In this document: in pieces, positions 11,210 to 20,767 of the stretch
Position numbering within the stretch: position 1 is the first letter of the stretch
Layout of the letters: every line of letters starts with the position of its first letter
Assembly (NCBI GenBank): GCA_043797085.1
Contig: JAZDQA010000013.1
Span: forward strand, 241,140 to 305,139
DNA: 64,000 nucleotides
DNA from: Pseudomonadota bacterium
Lineage (GTDB): Bacteria > Campylobacterota > Campylobacteria > Campylobacterales > Sulfurimonadaceae
Direction: 5' to 3'
Translations under genes and position numbers: made by a program
The notes under the pieces: model-generated
What the model saw: only the letters and a program-made list of their open reading frames with translations
Databases searched by the model: none
Told to the model about the DNA's origin: nothing

Positions 11210-11358
11210 TTTAAAAACCTTTATAATACGAAATAATTATTTACTCTAGGATAAATCGAAAGAAAATCAAAACAGCATATCAATATTAGTATTATAATAA
11301 TATTAAAACACTATTTAATATTTAAAATAGTTACAAATAGGAACAAGAAAAGGTTACT

Positions 11359-11886
11359 TTACCGTTTGAGCAAAATATCTACACTCAAATCAACTTGATC
11401 GCGTACCGTTAGAAACATCATTGTGATCGGTTTGATTCCAAAATCGGTCATTTTTAGTGTACTTGCGGTTTTAATGTGTACTTTCGAGCCTTCTTCGATA
11501 ATTGTTCCATCAAAACTCAGCGGTTTAGTGACACCGTGCAAACTCATCGTCCCCTTGAGAGTATAAGCATTTCCCCCTTTGGCAATAACCTCTTTAACTG
11601 CAAAGACCGCTTTGGGAAAACTATCGGATTCGAGGGATTGCTGCATGTGTTCATCGCGCTTTTTATTATCACTGACAAGATCCCCCATCGAAACTTCAAT
11701 CGTCCCTTTTAAGCTGGACGGATTTGTGTCCATGACTAAATGCGACGTTGCCCGCTTGGCGATTGGGTCAATCGTGCTGTCTCCAAATACTTCCGTATGC
11801 GCTTTAATCACGCCGGAATCAAAACTCAAATTTCCTGCGAACATTGACGTCGCCAATATCATGGCGAGTGAACTAACTTTTTTCAT
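11359..11886 (-). CDS. YceI-family periplasmic lipid/isoprenoid-binding protein
   Basis: Signal peptide, SDNKKRDEHM, FPKAVF, GTMSLHGVTK, TDFGI motifs. Confidence 0.9.
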   Translation of the reverse strand: MKKVSSLAMILATSMFAGNLSFDSGVIKAHTEVFGDSTIDPIAKRATSHLVMDTNPSSLKGTIEVSMGDLVSDNKKRDEHMQQSLESDSFPKAVFAVKEVIAKGGNAYTLKGTMSLHGVTKPLSFDGTIIEEGSKVHIKTASTLKMTDFGIKPITMMFLTVRDQVDLSVDILLKR

Positions 11887-12836
11887 ACAGTTCTCCTAAA
11901 ATAAAATGGATAGATAAGGACAAAAATGCCCAAAAGAATGACAACAATCCAAAGTTCATGCGTCAAAGCGACTAAATTGGCTATCGACGATGCACCCCAG
12001 CCTACCCCTACCATAGTAATTCCAATCACTCGAACATCGCCCATCTGAGTCAACTCGCGGAACAATAAAACATTATAATATGAAATAACAATCGGATAAA
12101 TAATAGCGAGCAATACCGGCTGATGAGAGTAATAAGCAGCATAACTTAGGGCAAAAAGTCCCAATATTATCCCATTGCTTCGCATCAATGTTTTGCCATA
12201 ACGAAACGCCAAATAAACTCCCAAGAGATGCGATATAACAATCAGTGCCATATAGTGCCGCCAAACATCCATCTCATCTGAGCGGTTCAAGGTTTCAAAC
12301 AAAGCGGAATCTGCAAAAATCCACACCATCATCACTGCTATCACTTTAAAATTGAGGGGAGTATGGTGGCGATGTGAGCGCATAGGCAGGCTTGAAAAAT
12401 ACAGTGCTGCCATTGAAATACTGGGTAACATAATTGCTATGATTCCTCGCTGTTGGAACGGATACGTATAGAGGGCTGTTCCTACCGCGTACGAGAGAGC
12501 AAGTCCCAGTGCCAGATTTTTTCGGCTTTGTTCACGAAAGACATAGAGCATCAAAGGGGTTGTGTAGCCCACGATAAAGCCCAATACCAATAAAAGTCCC
12601 AGTGAATAATCGGGATAAAACCACGAAAGAATAATCTGTGCGATAAACATAAAAAAAAGCTCTTGCTTAATCCCATGATGCTTCCAATACGCACTCACAA
12701 TACTCCCAATCACCCCTCCAATAGGAAGCGTATAAAGATCGTGTATGTGAGAGTCAAACGCTCCCACGACTCCCGTTTGTGCAATCAGGAGATAATAAAG
12801 CAACTGAGAACTAAGAACAATGACGAGCATATTCAT
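11883..12836 (-). CDS. Polytopic membrane protein of unknown function
   Basis: About 10-11 hydrophobic segments in two halves; overlaps both neighbours. Confidence 0.75.
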   Translation of the reverse strand: MNMLVIVLSSQLLYYLLIAQTGVVGAFDSHIHDLYTLPIGGVIGSIVSAYWKHHGIKQELFFMFIAQIILSWFYPDYSLGLLLVLGFIVGYTTPLMLYVFREQSRKNLALGLALSYAVGTALYTYPFQQRGIIAIMLPSISMAALYFSSLPMRSHRHHTPLNFKVIAVMMVWIFADSALFETLNRSDEMDVWRHYMALIVISHLLGVYLAFRYGKTLMRSNGIILGLFALSYAAYYSHQPVLLAIIYPIVISYYNVLLFRELTQMGDVRVIGITMVGVGWGASSIANLVALTHELWIVVILLGIFVLIYPFYFRRTV

Positions 12837-14404
12837 TTACGCAAGCCTAAGAAATAAATCATGGCATACAGACCATCATAAAAAGCAATCAACAATGCCA
12901 ACTCATCCAAAATTCCTGCCATATACAAAGCGGCGAACGTCGAAGAGATGAGGAATCGGATGATGGCACTGAGGCTTGCGAGACGATCTTCATCCCCATG
13001 CAATCCAAACCAGTGAATCATCCCCGTCCCCATGACAAAGGCAAACACGATATACTCATACGTTGCGGTAAACGTAAACCCAAGCAAGCCAAAAAGCCAG
13101 CCCCCTGCGATCACAAGAATCAGCCCGCCAAAAGCGTCCCCTAAAAATCCCATCAAATGATAAATTTTTAACGGAGTATTGATAGGGATAATCAATCGGT
13201 CATAGAGTATTTTTGCGACTAAAACAACAATCATGACCCCGAAAATAGCCCTCATCATCAAAAATGGCTCAATACTTCCGCCAATCAATCCCGCTTCTAT
13301 AAGACCGGCGAGAGAAAGAGAGAGTGCCATTAAACTAATTAACAGAGCCCAGAGTGTCGCATACAATCGTTTAAACAGCGCCGGTAAAAGATGGTAGGCG
13401 ATAGAGAGAGCCATAAAAGCAACCCCTAATCCCATGGCGATATGGGCATGTCCCACGACCAAATCGTTGCGATGTATCAGCGCTCGAAGTTCAGGGATAA
13501 AAAGGATATTTCCCTCAATATCGACAAAGATAAACGCCGCAATCGATAGGATGAGATAGGGATTTGTTTTAAACTGTACCCCAGCATCCCGAAGCCAAAT
13601 CCACAGCAGCGGCAGATACAACAACGTCAAATACTGAAAAAACCACTCTTCGTTGTAACTCAATGGGTGGAAAAAATTACGTATTATCAGTGAAGTGACA
13701 TATCCCGCCAACGGAATCATCCACAGCCAGTGAAAGCGTGGTGCGAACGCTTTAGGTGCGGAAAGCTTGATGAGCAAATAATAAATCGGGAGAAGAGCGA
13801 AACTCATCCCCAGCGTATTGTCCCCATGAGGGCCTACGAGAGTTTTTTCCACCTGACCGTATTGGGGATTCATCAAAACTACCAAAGCGATGGGGGCGGC
13901 GATAACCGCTAAAAGCGATACATTCACCCACAGCGGACGTTTTTCATAACGCTTCAGTGCGTCCAAAAGTGCCAAAAGATAAAACAGCCCGCTAAAGGCG
14001 AGGAGAAAGTTCAACTGATAGGGAAAATCGTAAAATGGTAATCCCCGAATATTTCCAAAAAGAAGCGCCATACTCATAAAGAGTAAAAATACGTTCCAAA
14101 CGACGAAGTATCGCGCCAAATGTTTCAAACCGTTTTGACTCAAAACACCCTCTTTTTCAAACAGCGCAAAAGGCAACAATGAGAGAATAAGCGGGAAAAA
14201 ACCATACAACATTTGCGAAATATGGAGAGACCTGGCACGCTCAGGGGAAAGCAGGGTCATGGAAGCATCTAATCCTAACATCTCAACTGCGTACACTAAT
14301 CCCGTAAAGAGTCCTAAAAAGAGCCAAAACAAAAGAAGAGGGAGATTATCGTTTAAGAATTTTGACAATTTTTCCATCCTCCATTTCAATGATTGTATCG
14401 GCAT
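12833..14404 (-). CDS. Divergent heme-copper oxidase subunit I-like membrane protein (CcoN/NorB-like); start may be 14377
   Basis: RARSLH, GDNTLG...YY, H.NDLVVGHAH motifs in the order of CcoN RLRPLH, GHNAVG...YY, HYTDWTIGHVH. Confidence 0.72.
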   Translation of the reverse strand: MPIQSLKWRMEKLSKFLNDNLPLLLFWLFLGLFTGLVYAVEMLGLDASMTLLSPERARSLHISQMLYGFFPLILSLLPFALFEKEGVLSQNGLKHLARYFVVWNVFLLFMSMALLFGNIRGLPFYDFPYQLNFLLAFSGLFYLLALLDALKRYEKRPLWVNVSLLAVIAAPIALVVLMNPQYGQVEKTLVGPHGDNTLGMSFALLPIYYLLIKLSAPKAFAPRFHWLWMIPLAGYVTSLIIRNFFHPLSYNEEWFFQYLTLLYLPLLWIWLRDAGVQFKTNPYLILSIAAFIFVDIEGNILFIPELRALIHRNDLVVGHAHIAMGLGVAFMALSIAYHLLPALFKRLYATLWALLISLMALSLSLAGLIEAGLIGGSIEPFLMMRAIFGVMIVVLVAKILYDRLIIPINTPLKIYHLMGFLGDAFGGLILVIAGGWLFGLLGFTFTATYEYIVFAFVMGTGMIHWFGLHGDEDRLASLSAIIRFLISSTFAALYMAGILDELALLIAFYDGLYAMIYFLGLRK

Positions 14405-14981
14405 ACTCGGCTATTTTTTTATCATGGGAAGCGACCACAAATCCTGTCCCCTCGTGCGAAAAACGCTTGAACAATTCATACACACCCAACGCATTTTTCG
14501 TATCCAGGTTACCCGTTGGTTCATCGGCAAATACCACGGCGGGGCGATTTACCAAGGCTCGTGCGATGGCAGCGCGCTGACGCTCACCCCCTGAGACCTC
14601 ATCACTGTAACGAGCGGCTAAGCGCCCAATCCCCAAACTCTCCATCAGTGGCTCAACGCTGTCTTCATCCAAAGCAGAAAGGGCAATATTTTCCCGCAAG
14701 GTCAAATAGGAGATAAGATAATGAAACTGAAACACAAATCCGATGTTGTGCCGTCTAAACACATCAATATTTCCTAGCTCGCTGATGCCTTTTTCATCAA
14801 AGGTCACTGCACCGCTTGTGGGATTAAGGAGAGTTGATAGGATTGATAACAAGGTTGTTTTTCCGCTTCCGCTCTCTCCGATAATCGCCGTAAAACTCCC
14901 TGCTTCGATGGAGACATCAACGCCGCGCAAAACATGCTCAATCCCATAATAGTGCTCTATATTTTTGGCTTGGATTCTCAT
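14346..14981 (-). CDS. LolD/MacB-type ABC ATP-binding protein
   Basis: GESGSGKT, IGFVFQF, VSGGERQR, ADEPTGNLD. Confidence 0.95.
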   Translation of the reverse strand: MRIQAKNIEHYYGIEHVLRGVDVSIEAGSFTAIIGESGSGKTTLLSILSTLLNPTSGAVTFDEKGISELGNIDVFRRHNIGFVFQFHYLISYLTLRENIALSALDEDSVEPLMESLGIGRLAARYSDEVSGGERQRAAIARALVNRPAVVFADEPTGNLDTKNALGVYELFKRFSHEGTGFVVASHDKKIAEYADTIIEMEDGKIVKILKR

Positions 14982-16057
14982 GCACCGCCTCGCTGTATCA
15001 GCGTCATCGGATCAATACGCGCAGCATAAATAGCAGGGAGTAATGTCCCCAACATTGCCATGACAATCGAGACAATAAAGACTTTAAGGGCGAGAGAGAA
15101 GGTGATTTCACCGTTGATATACCCTTGAAATTTATCCGCGTGTTCGATCAGCTCCAACACCCCAAGCGACACCCCAAGGGCAACCGCAAAAGAGAAGAGG
15201 GCAATAATCAAGGTTTCCGCCAAAAGCTTTTTGATAATCACCCACGAAGAAAGTCCAATGGAGCGCATTATCCCAAACTCCGTTTTACGATCATTGACCA
15301 CCATACTCATCATGCTCACTATTCCCAAAATTCCCATTAAAAATGCCATCGCTCCAATCACATCCGAACTGGTTTTTATAATTTTGAACTGATTATAGGA
15401 ATCAATAAAACTATCCGTGGTTTTAGCTTCTATATCGGGATTAAGTCCGTTTATTTTTTCAATAAGGGGATCGCTTTGAGCCAAATCATCCAAACTTACC
15501 AAAAAAATCGAGGCACTTTTATGAAACAATACTCCGCCGTCATGTAAATTCATCACCACACCGCCATCTTCAAATCCGATACGGCTTTTAAACACACCGC
15601 TTACGGTGAATTTTTGCTTGGAGAGGATGATTGTTTTGGGATGTTTCAGGGTTTCATAGATCTTAGAACCCAGTATCACTTCCCCATTTTTTGGGGTAGA
15701 ACCTTGCAGTAAAGTATAACTTTTAAAACGGTTCTCGCTCACACCATAGATTCCCACAATAGGTAGAGGTTCGACGGGTGCAGCTCCTAAAATCAAAGCA
15801 CCTGCCTCACGCACACCCTCTATCCGAACAATCTCATCTACCATGGAACGGTTAATGTCACTAAAAAAAGTATCGGCGATCCCTTTTTGTGTGACGATAA
15901 TATCCCCATCCGTTTTGAGCATCGCAGAGTACATACTCACGACGCCCCCCGATATGGCGCTAATGAGAAAAATTGCCGCGATAGAGACACTCATGCTCAT
16001 AAAAATGAGTGCTGTCTTAAAGCGATTTTTCCGAAGCGCTTTAATCGGGGTTATCAC
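14978..16057 (-). CDS. MacB/FtsX-type ABC permease
   Basis: One TM, large periplasmic domain, three TM with R..EFGIMRSIG and PA..AARIDP. Confidence 0.92.
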   Translation of the reverse strand: MITPIKALRKNRFKTALIFMSMSVSIAAIFLISAISGGVVSMYSAMLKTDGDIIVTQKGIADTFFSDINRSMVDEIVRIEGVREAGALILGAAPVEPLPIVGIYGVSENRFKSYTLLQGSTPKNGEVILGSKIYETLKHPKTIILSKQKFTVSGVFKSRIGFEDGGVVMNLHDGGVLFHKSASIFLVSLDDLAQSDPLIEKINGLNPDIEAKTTDSFIDSYNQFKIIKTSSDVIGAMAFLMGILGIVSMMSMVVNDRKTEFGIMRSIGLSSWVIIKKLLAETLIIALFSFAVALGVSLGVLELIEHADKFQGYINGEITFSLALKVFIVSIVMAMLGTLLPAIYAARIDPMTLIQRGGA

Positions 16058-16512
16058 TGACTAATTGCCTGTTTTAGTTCTGTTGCGGTAGAGACAAATT
16101 CAATTCGAGTAAGGAAGTTACCCCGAAATTTCATCACGGTAATTTTTTCTTCTTGGGCAGGAAATCGCAATCCTTGTTCTTCATCACGAATCAGCAAAAC
16201 CGTATGGGCGTATTTTCGCATTTTGGGGAGAGCAAATGTTTCCGTAATAAAATTGGGCATTTGACTAATATCCGCAACAAATGCGGCATTATTTTTTTTC
16301 AAATAGCCCTTATCCAGCGTTGCCAAATACTCATTGACCGTCGCACCTGTCCCTTTTTCAAATGCCATAATCAACGTCTTTGGCATCGCTTTAAGTGTGG
16401 TACGTTTACCAAACTGATCTTCCAAATCCAAGGGCATAACTGACTGCCCTGTTTTATACGGCGCTCCAAAAAGGCTTAGTGCCAAGAGTGCGAATACTAT
16501 AACTTTTTTCAT
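16054..16512 (-). CDS. Secreted protein, possible Cys-less thioredoxin/redoxin-like fold
   Basis: Signal peptide, LEDQFGK and ADISQMP...FALPKM; first gene of the operon. Confidence 0.65.
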   Translation of the reverse strand: MKKVIVFALLALSLFGAPYKTGQSVMPLDLEDQFGKRTTLKAMPKTLIMAFEKGTGATVNEYLATLDKGYLKKNNAAFVADISQMPNFITETFALPKMRKYAHTVLLIRDEEQGLRFPAQEEKITVMKFRGNFLTRIEFVSTATELKQAISQ

Positions 16513-16686
16513 AACAATCCTTTCGTTAATTCATCCAAAGTGTACCCTAACAAGGGTAAATGATTATTTTTTACGAAGGATACAAAGAGATTATGAATTT
16601 TTGATGAAAGGCGAATTAACGGCGATATAAAGGTTAAATACAATAAAATCTCTTTGCACTATTTAAACTCAAACAATCAGGTACAG

Positions 16687-18957
16687 ATGAAATTCAAATC
16701 AAATACACTATTTCTTATCGCTGCTTTTATTCTTTTCACGCTCGCGGTTACTCTCTTTAGTTATTATGAATACCGTCAAAATAAAATCGAGCTCTATCAT
16801 CAAATCGACGAGAAGCTTCTTGCTTCGGCGGAAGGAGCTTCTCTCGTTTTACCTCCTGATTTTTATAACCGTGCGGTTGATCCTTCATCCATTGCGCAAG
16901 GAGAAGATGACTCCAATATTGACCGCTTAAGCCGTTTTGCCAAAGGGCAAAAAGTCGTGTATATCTACACCATGATCCAAAAAAATGACACGATTTATTT
17001 TACCGCTTCAAGCGGTACGGAGGAGGAACGTAAAAGCGGTATCAACCTCACCCGTTATTTTGATACCTACGATGATGCGAGCGATGAGCTGAAAAATGTT
17101 TTTCGTACCCAGAAAAAACAGTTTGCCGAATATACAGATAAATGGGGAACTTTTCGAAGTGTTTTTATCCCCATGAAAAGCCAAAAAGGGACCCTCTATG
17201 TTATCGGGGCAGATATTCAAATCAATACAATCAAGCAAACCCTTAACGATAAAGCCCTCAACCTCTTGCTGCGTCTTGCTGTTGTCCTCGCGCTCACTCT
17301 TCCGTTTCTCACTTGGCGTTTACGGCAGCTCAATAGCCGTTTATTGGAAAAAAATGGCACGCTCGGGCAAGAACTCGAAGAGGGAGAAAAAAATCTCAGG
17401 CAGCGGAATATTGAACTTCAAACTATTCTTGATGCCGCACAAGAAAGTATCTGCTTGATCGATAAACAAGGTACCGTCCTGACGATCAACAGTACGGCTG
17501 CCCATAGACTGGGGAAAACGCCCTCAGAAATGATGGGAAAATGCGTTTATGATTTTTTCCCTTCAGAAGTAGCGCAACAACGACGTATCAAGATAGAACA
17601 AATATTTAGTACCGGTATCGGAATAAACGTTGAAGACAGCCGAGAGGCGATGTTCTTTTCCATCAATTACTATCCTGTCTTCGATAGAAACAATCAAGTA
17701 GAATCTGTTGCGGTATTTGCACGAGACATCACCGAGCAAAAACGCGCCAATGAACGTATCCAGCACCTCGCAACGTTTGATTCTCTCACCGGATTGCCCA
17801 ACCGTCAAAAGCTCTTGCAGGATTTAGAACAGCATCAACCCAACGGATGTGCAATCTTTAACATTGACAATTTCAAAGAGATCAACGATTTTTTCGGAAT
17901 CGCGGCAGGTGATACGCTACTTTGTACTGTGGGTGACTGGTTTAAAACAATGGGCTTTTCCCCCTACAGAATCGGAGGGGATGAATTTGCCATTTTATTT
18001 TATGAAACGATGACTCAAAACAAACTATACAGTCGCATTACCGCGCTCATGTCTGCACTGGATGAAGAACGCTTTCTTGTCGAAAATGAAACACTCGATG
18101 TTCATATGAGTACCGGAGCGGCACTGGGTACGCATAAACTTCTCACCCGTGCCGACATCGCATTGCATAGGGCTAAAGAGCAAAAAATTCCGATCGCTTT
18201 TTACGAAGAATCTGAAAATGTAGAAAAACAATATCATAGCAATATCGCCATGACAAGCACCATCCGCAAAGCATTAGCAGGAGGACGTATTCTCTGCCAT
18301 TATCAGCCTATTGTCACAATTTCGACAGGGAAGATTGAGAAGTATGAGACGCTAGTGCGAATGATTGATGAAGAGGGGACTCTTATTATGCCGCTGCAAT
18401 TTCTGCCGATTGCCAAAAAAACAAAACTTTATCCCCGCATTACCAAAGAGGTCATTCATCAAGCGTGCCATCTCTTCAGCAACCGCACTGAAGAGTTTTC
18501 TGTTAATATCTCGATGTATGATATTCATGATTCTTCTACGCTGCAAGAGATTATTACCACCATTACACAAACAGGGACAGCATCTCGAATTGTTTTTGAA
18601 ATTCTAGAATCGGATGGGATTGAAAACTATCAAGAAGTGGCTCAATTTATCAGCAAAGTCAAATCACTTGGAGCCAAGATCGCCATCGATGATTTCGGGA
18701 CAGGGTATTCCAATTTTGAGCATATACTCAAGCTCGATGTGGATTACATCAAAATCGACGGTTCACTGATTCGGGAAATCACAGATAATCCACGGCACCG
18801 CATCATCGTTGAAACGATTGTCGATTTTGCGCAAAAAATTGGGGCGAAAACCATCGCCGAGTTTGTCAGTGATGAGACGATATACACTACGATCAAAGAG
18901 ATTGGAGTCGATTATTCCCAAGGATATTATACCGGCAAGCCAGAGCCGCTTCAGTAA
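16687..18957 (+). CDS. Membrane sensor PAS-GGDEF-EAL diguanylate cyclase/phosphodiesterase
   Basis: Two TM flanking a periplasmic domain, PAS ending RDITE, DSLTGLPNR, GGDEF, ETLVR, DDFGTGYS, KIDG. Confidence 0.95.
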   Translation: MKFKSNTLFLIAAFILFTLAVTLFSYYEYRQNKIELYHQIDEKLLASAEGASLVLPPDFYNRAVDPSSIAQGEDDSNIDRLSRFAKGQKVVYIYTMIQKNDTIYFTASSGTEEERKSGINLTRYFDTYDDASDELKNVFRTQKKQFAEYTDKWGTFRSVFIPMKSQKGTLYVIGADIQINTIKQTLNDKALNLLLRLAVVLALTLPFLTWRLRQLNSRLLEKNGTLGQELEEGEKNLRQRNIELQTILDAAQESICLIDKQGTVLTINSTAAHRLGKTPSEMMGKCVYDFFPSEVAQQRRIKIEQIFSTGIGINVEDSREAMFFSINYYPVFDRNNQVESVAVFARDITEQKRANERIQHLATFDSLTGLPNRQKLLQDLEQHQPNGCAIFNIDNFKEINDFFGIAAGDTLLCTVGDWFKTMGFSPYRIGGDEFAILFYETMTQNKLYSRITALMSALDEERFLVENETLDVHMSTGAALGTHKLLTRADIALHRAKEQKIPIAFYEESENVEKQYHSNIAMTSTIRKALAGGRILCHYQPIVTISTGKIEKYETLVRMIDEEGTLIMPLQFLPIAKKTKLYPRITKEVIHQACHLFSNRTEEFSVNISMYDIHDSSTLQEIITTITQTGTASRIVFEILESDGIENYQEVAQFISKVKSLGAKIAIDDFGTGYSNFEHILKLDVDYIKIDGSLIREITDNPRHRIIVETIVDFAQKIGAKTIAEFVSDETIYTTIKEIGVDYSQGYYTGKPEPLQ

Positions 18958-18963
18958 ATCGTT

Positions 18964-20079
18964 TTATTTATGCGTAATTGTCTTCAACATTTTTTCGATC
19001 TCGCCGTGCTGTTCGAGCGTTAGAACAAAACTTTCATCCATCATCTTGTCCAAATGGTTCATCTCGGTGAGGGTAATGCCTAACGGATCTTTTTTCGCTA
19101 CTTTAGCAATACCTGAAGTTACGGTGATATTATCGAGTTTTTTACCCGAATGTCGGACAAAATAAGTGAGAAAATAACCGCCCGTATGATCTTTTTCAAT
19201 GGCGACAACCGCCCGCTTAGCCTGAGAATTTTCAAACTGCACGCTTGGGACAATAGCGTTAAAATCCTCTATACTTACATATCCGATGTAGACTTTAGTA
19301 TAAATATCGTGATAACGCTGGGTCGCACTTTTTCGGAAAAAATCCCAATTGATGGGTTGCCCTCCCCGAAGAGAACGCAGCATCCATGATAACGTCGCAT
19401 AGTATTTAAAGGATGCGATTTTAATCTCTTCTGCGTGAGCAATCTTATCACTCTCGATACGTACCATCGGTGCTTTTGGTGCATTGGTACTGAGACTCTC
19501 CAAGAGATGCTGTGCACTGTACGCTTCCGTAAACCATACGCTGGCATACGGAGGCAAATCGTTCGTTCCTGTTGCACCTTCGTTGAGAACTAAAACCGCT
19601 CTGACGTTATAACGAGGAAATAACACTTCCAAAAGTGCCCGTTTCTTACGAAGCCGTTTTTTGAGACTCGTTGCCGATTTCACCAACGTCATTTCCATAA
19701 AATAGAGTTCTTTGTCGGTAAAAAGAAGCCCGTCAAATTCTCCGATTTCCTTGTGGCGGGCACGGTAAATAATCTGCCCTTTCCAGCTTACAGAGAGAGC
19801 ATCGCTTTGGGCATGAGTACGATTTTTGTGCGGTCCTTTAATAATGAAACTTTTGATTTCAGGCTCATTTGCCGCGTAACGGAGAAGTTTTTCGTAGATG
19901 TAGTTCTCATACACTTCTCCCTCAAACGAACGAAAAGCACTGACATACGATTCATCTTCCATCGTCTGCCCTTTGGCTTGGAGCGAGAGTAAATGAGCGA
20001 TATTGTAGTCGTAATAGAGGAGATTATCGCCTAAATCAGCGTCCCCATTGGGAATCACCTTGGAATTAATGGTTAACAA
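18964..20079 (-). CDS. Hypothetical protein with PD-(D/E)xK-like nuclease motif
   Basis: 371 aa ORF; GEVYE...GEFDGL...YFMEMT. Confidence 0.6.
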   Translation of the reverse strand: MLTINSKVIPNGDADLGDNLLYYDYNIAHLLSLQAKGQTMEDESYVSAFRSFEGEVYENYIYEKLLRYAANEPEIKSFIIKGPHKNRTHAQSDALSVSWKGQIIYRARHKEIGEFDGLLFTDKELYFMEMTLVKSATSLKKRLRKKRALLEVLFPRYNVRAVLVLNEGATGTNDLPPYASVWFTEAYSAQHLLESLSTNAPKAPMVRIESDKIAHAEEIKIASFKYYATLSWMLRSLRGGQPINWDFFRKSATQRYHDIYTKVYIGYVSIEDFNAIVPSVQFENSQAKRAVVAIEKDHTGGYFLTYFVRHSGKKLDNITVTSGIAKVAKKDPLGITLTEMNHLDKMMDESFVLTLEQHGEIEKMLKTITHK

Positions 20080-20167
20080 ATAGAGCCTTTTTGGATGTTT
20101 CTAGGCACATTTCTCTAATGCCCACAGTATTTTAGCGAAAATATGGGGAAGATGTTATAATTCCGGC

Positions 20168-20767
20168 ATGCAACCATTCACCCCAACCGATGATCAGATT
20201 CGCACCCAGTTTGTCACCTCTTTGATGAACTATTTCAAAATAGATGAAGATGTGTTCTTACGCTCTCATATCGATGAGCTCATCCGTCCCATCAGCACAG
20301 CTCGTTACAGTGAGTTTTTGCGTCGTCTTTCCAGTCGTGATTTTACGTATAAAACGGGAATTGAAAAAATTTCTCTTATCGCTCACGAACTGTATGAAGA
20401 ACAGCTCTCTCCTTTGGAGATGCAAGCGCATGAGCGAACGCAAAAGCTGTATGCACTCATGTATGATTTGCGTCGAAACATCACGGAAATCAAAAACAGC
20501 GAAAGCAGTGCTGCCCAACGATTCGAAAATGTCCGTTTTACCTCGATCAAACATGCCGACTCCACCGAACCTCTTTTGGATTCACTGGACATTGACGTTA
20601 TTCGAATTCTCACAAAACGATGGATTTACGATTATGTTGCGAATGATCGCGGACTATTTGAAGCACGAGTGGAACACGAATACCTCAACTTGTTAATCGA
20701 ACAAGAACGATTGGCAAGACAGCCTCTCATCGCGAAAACCACCAAAAAAGCGCTAAAATGCTCATGA
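20168..20767 (+). CDS. Hypothetical helical protein, coupled to the replication-like gene
   Basis: 199 aa ORF overlapping the next gene by 10 bp. Confidence 0.7.
   Translation: MQPFTPTDDQIRTQFVTSLMNYFKIDEDVFLRSHIDELIRPISTARYSEFLRRLSSRDFTYKTGIEKISLIAHELYEEQLSPLEMQAHERTQKLYALMYDLRRNITEIKNSESSAAQRFENVRFTSIKHADSTEPLLDSLDIDVIRILTKRWIYDYVANDRGLFEARVEHEYLNLLIEQERLARQPLIAKTTKKALKCS

Noticed and set aside
11299..11322. AATATTAAA-N6-TTTAATATT dyad upstream of the adhesin
   Set aside because: Lies in an extremely AT-rich tract where such dyads arise by chance
12833..14404. Calling the membrane protein ccoN or norB
   Set aside because: CuB/FeB His ligands and partner cytochrome subunits are missing
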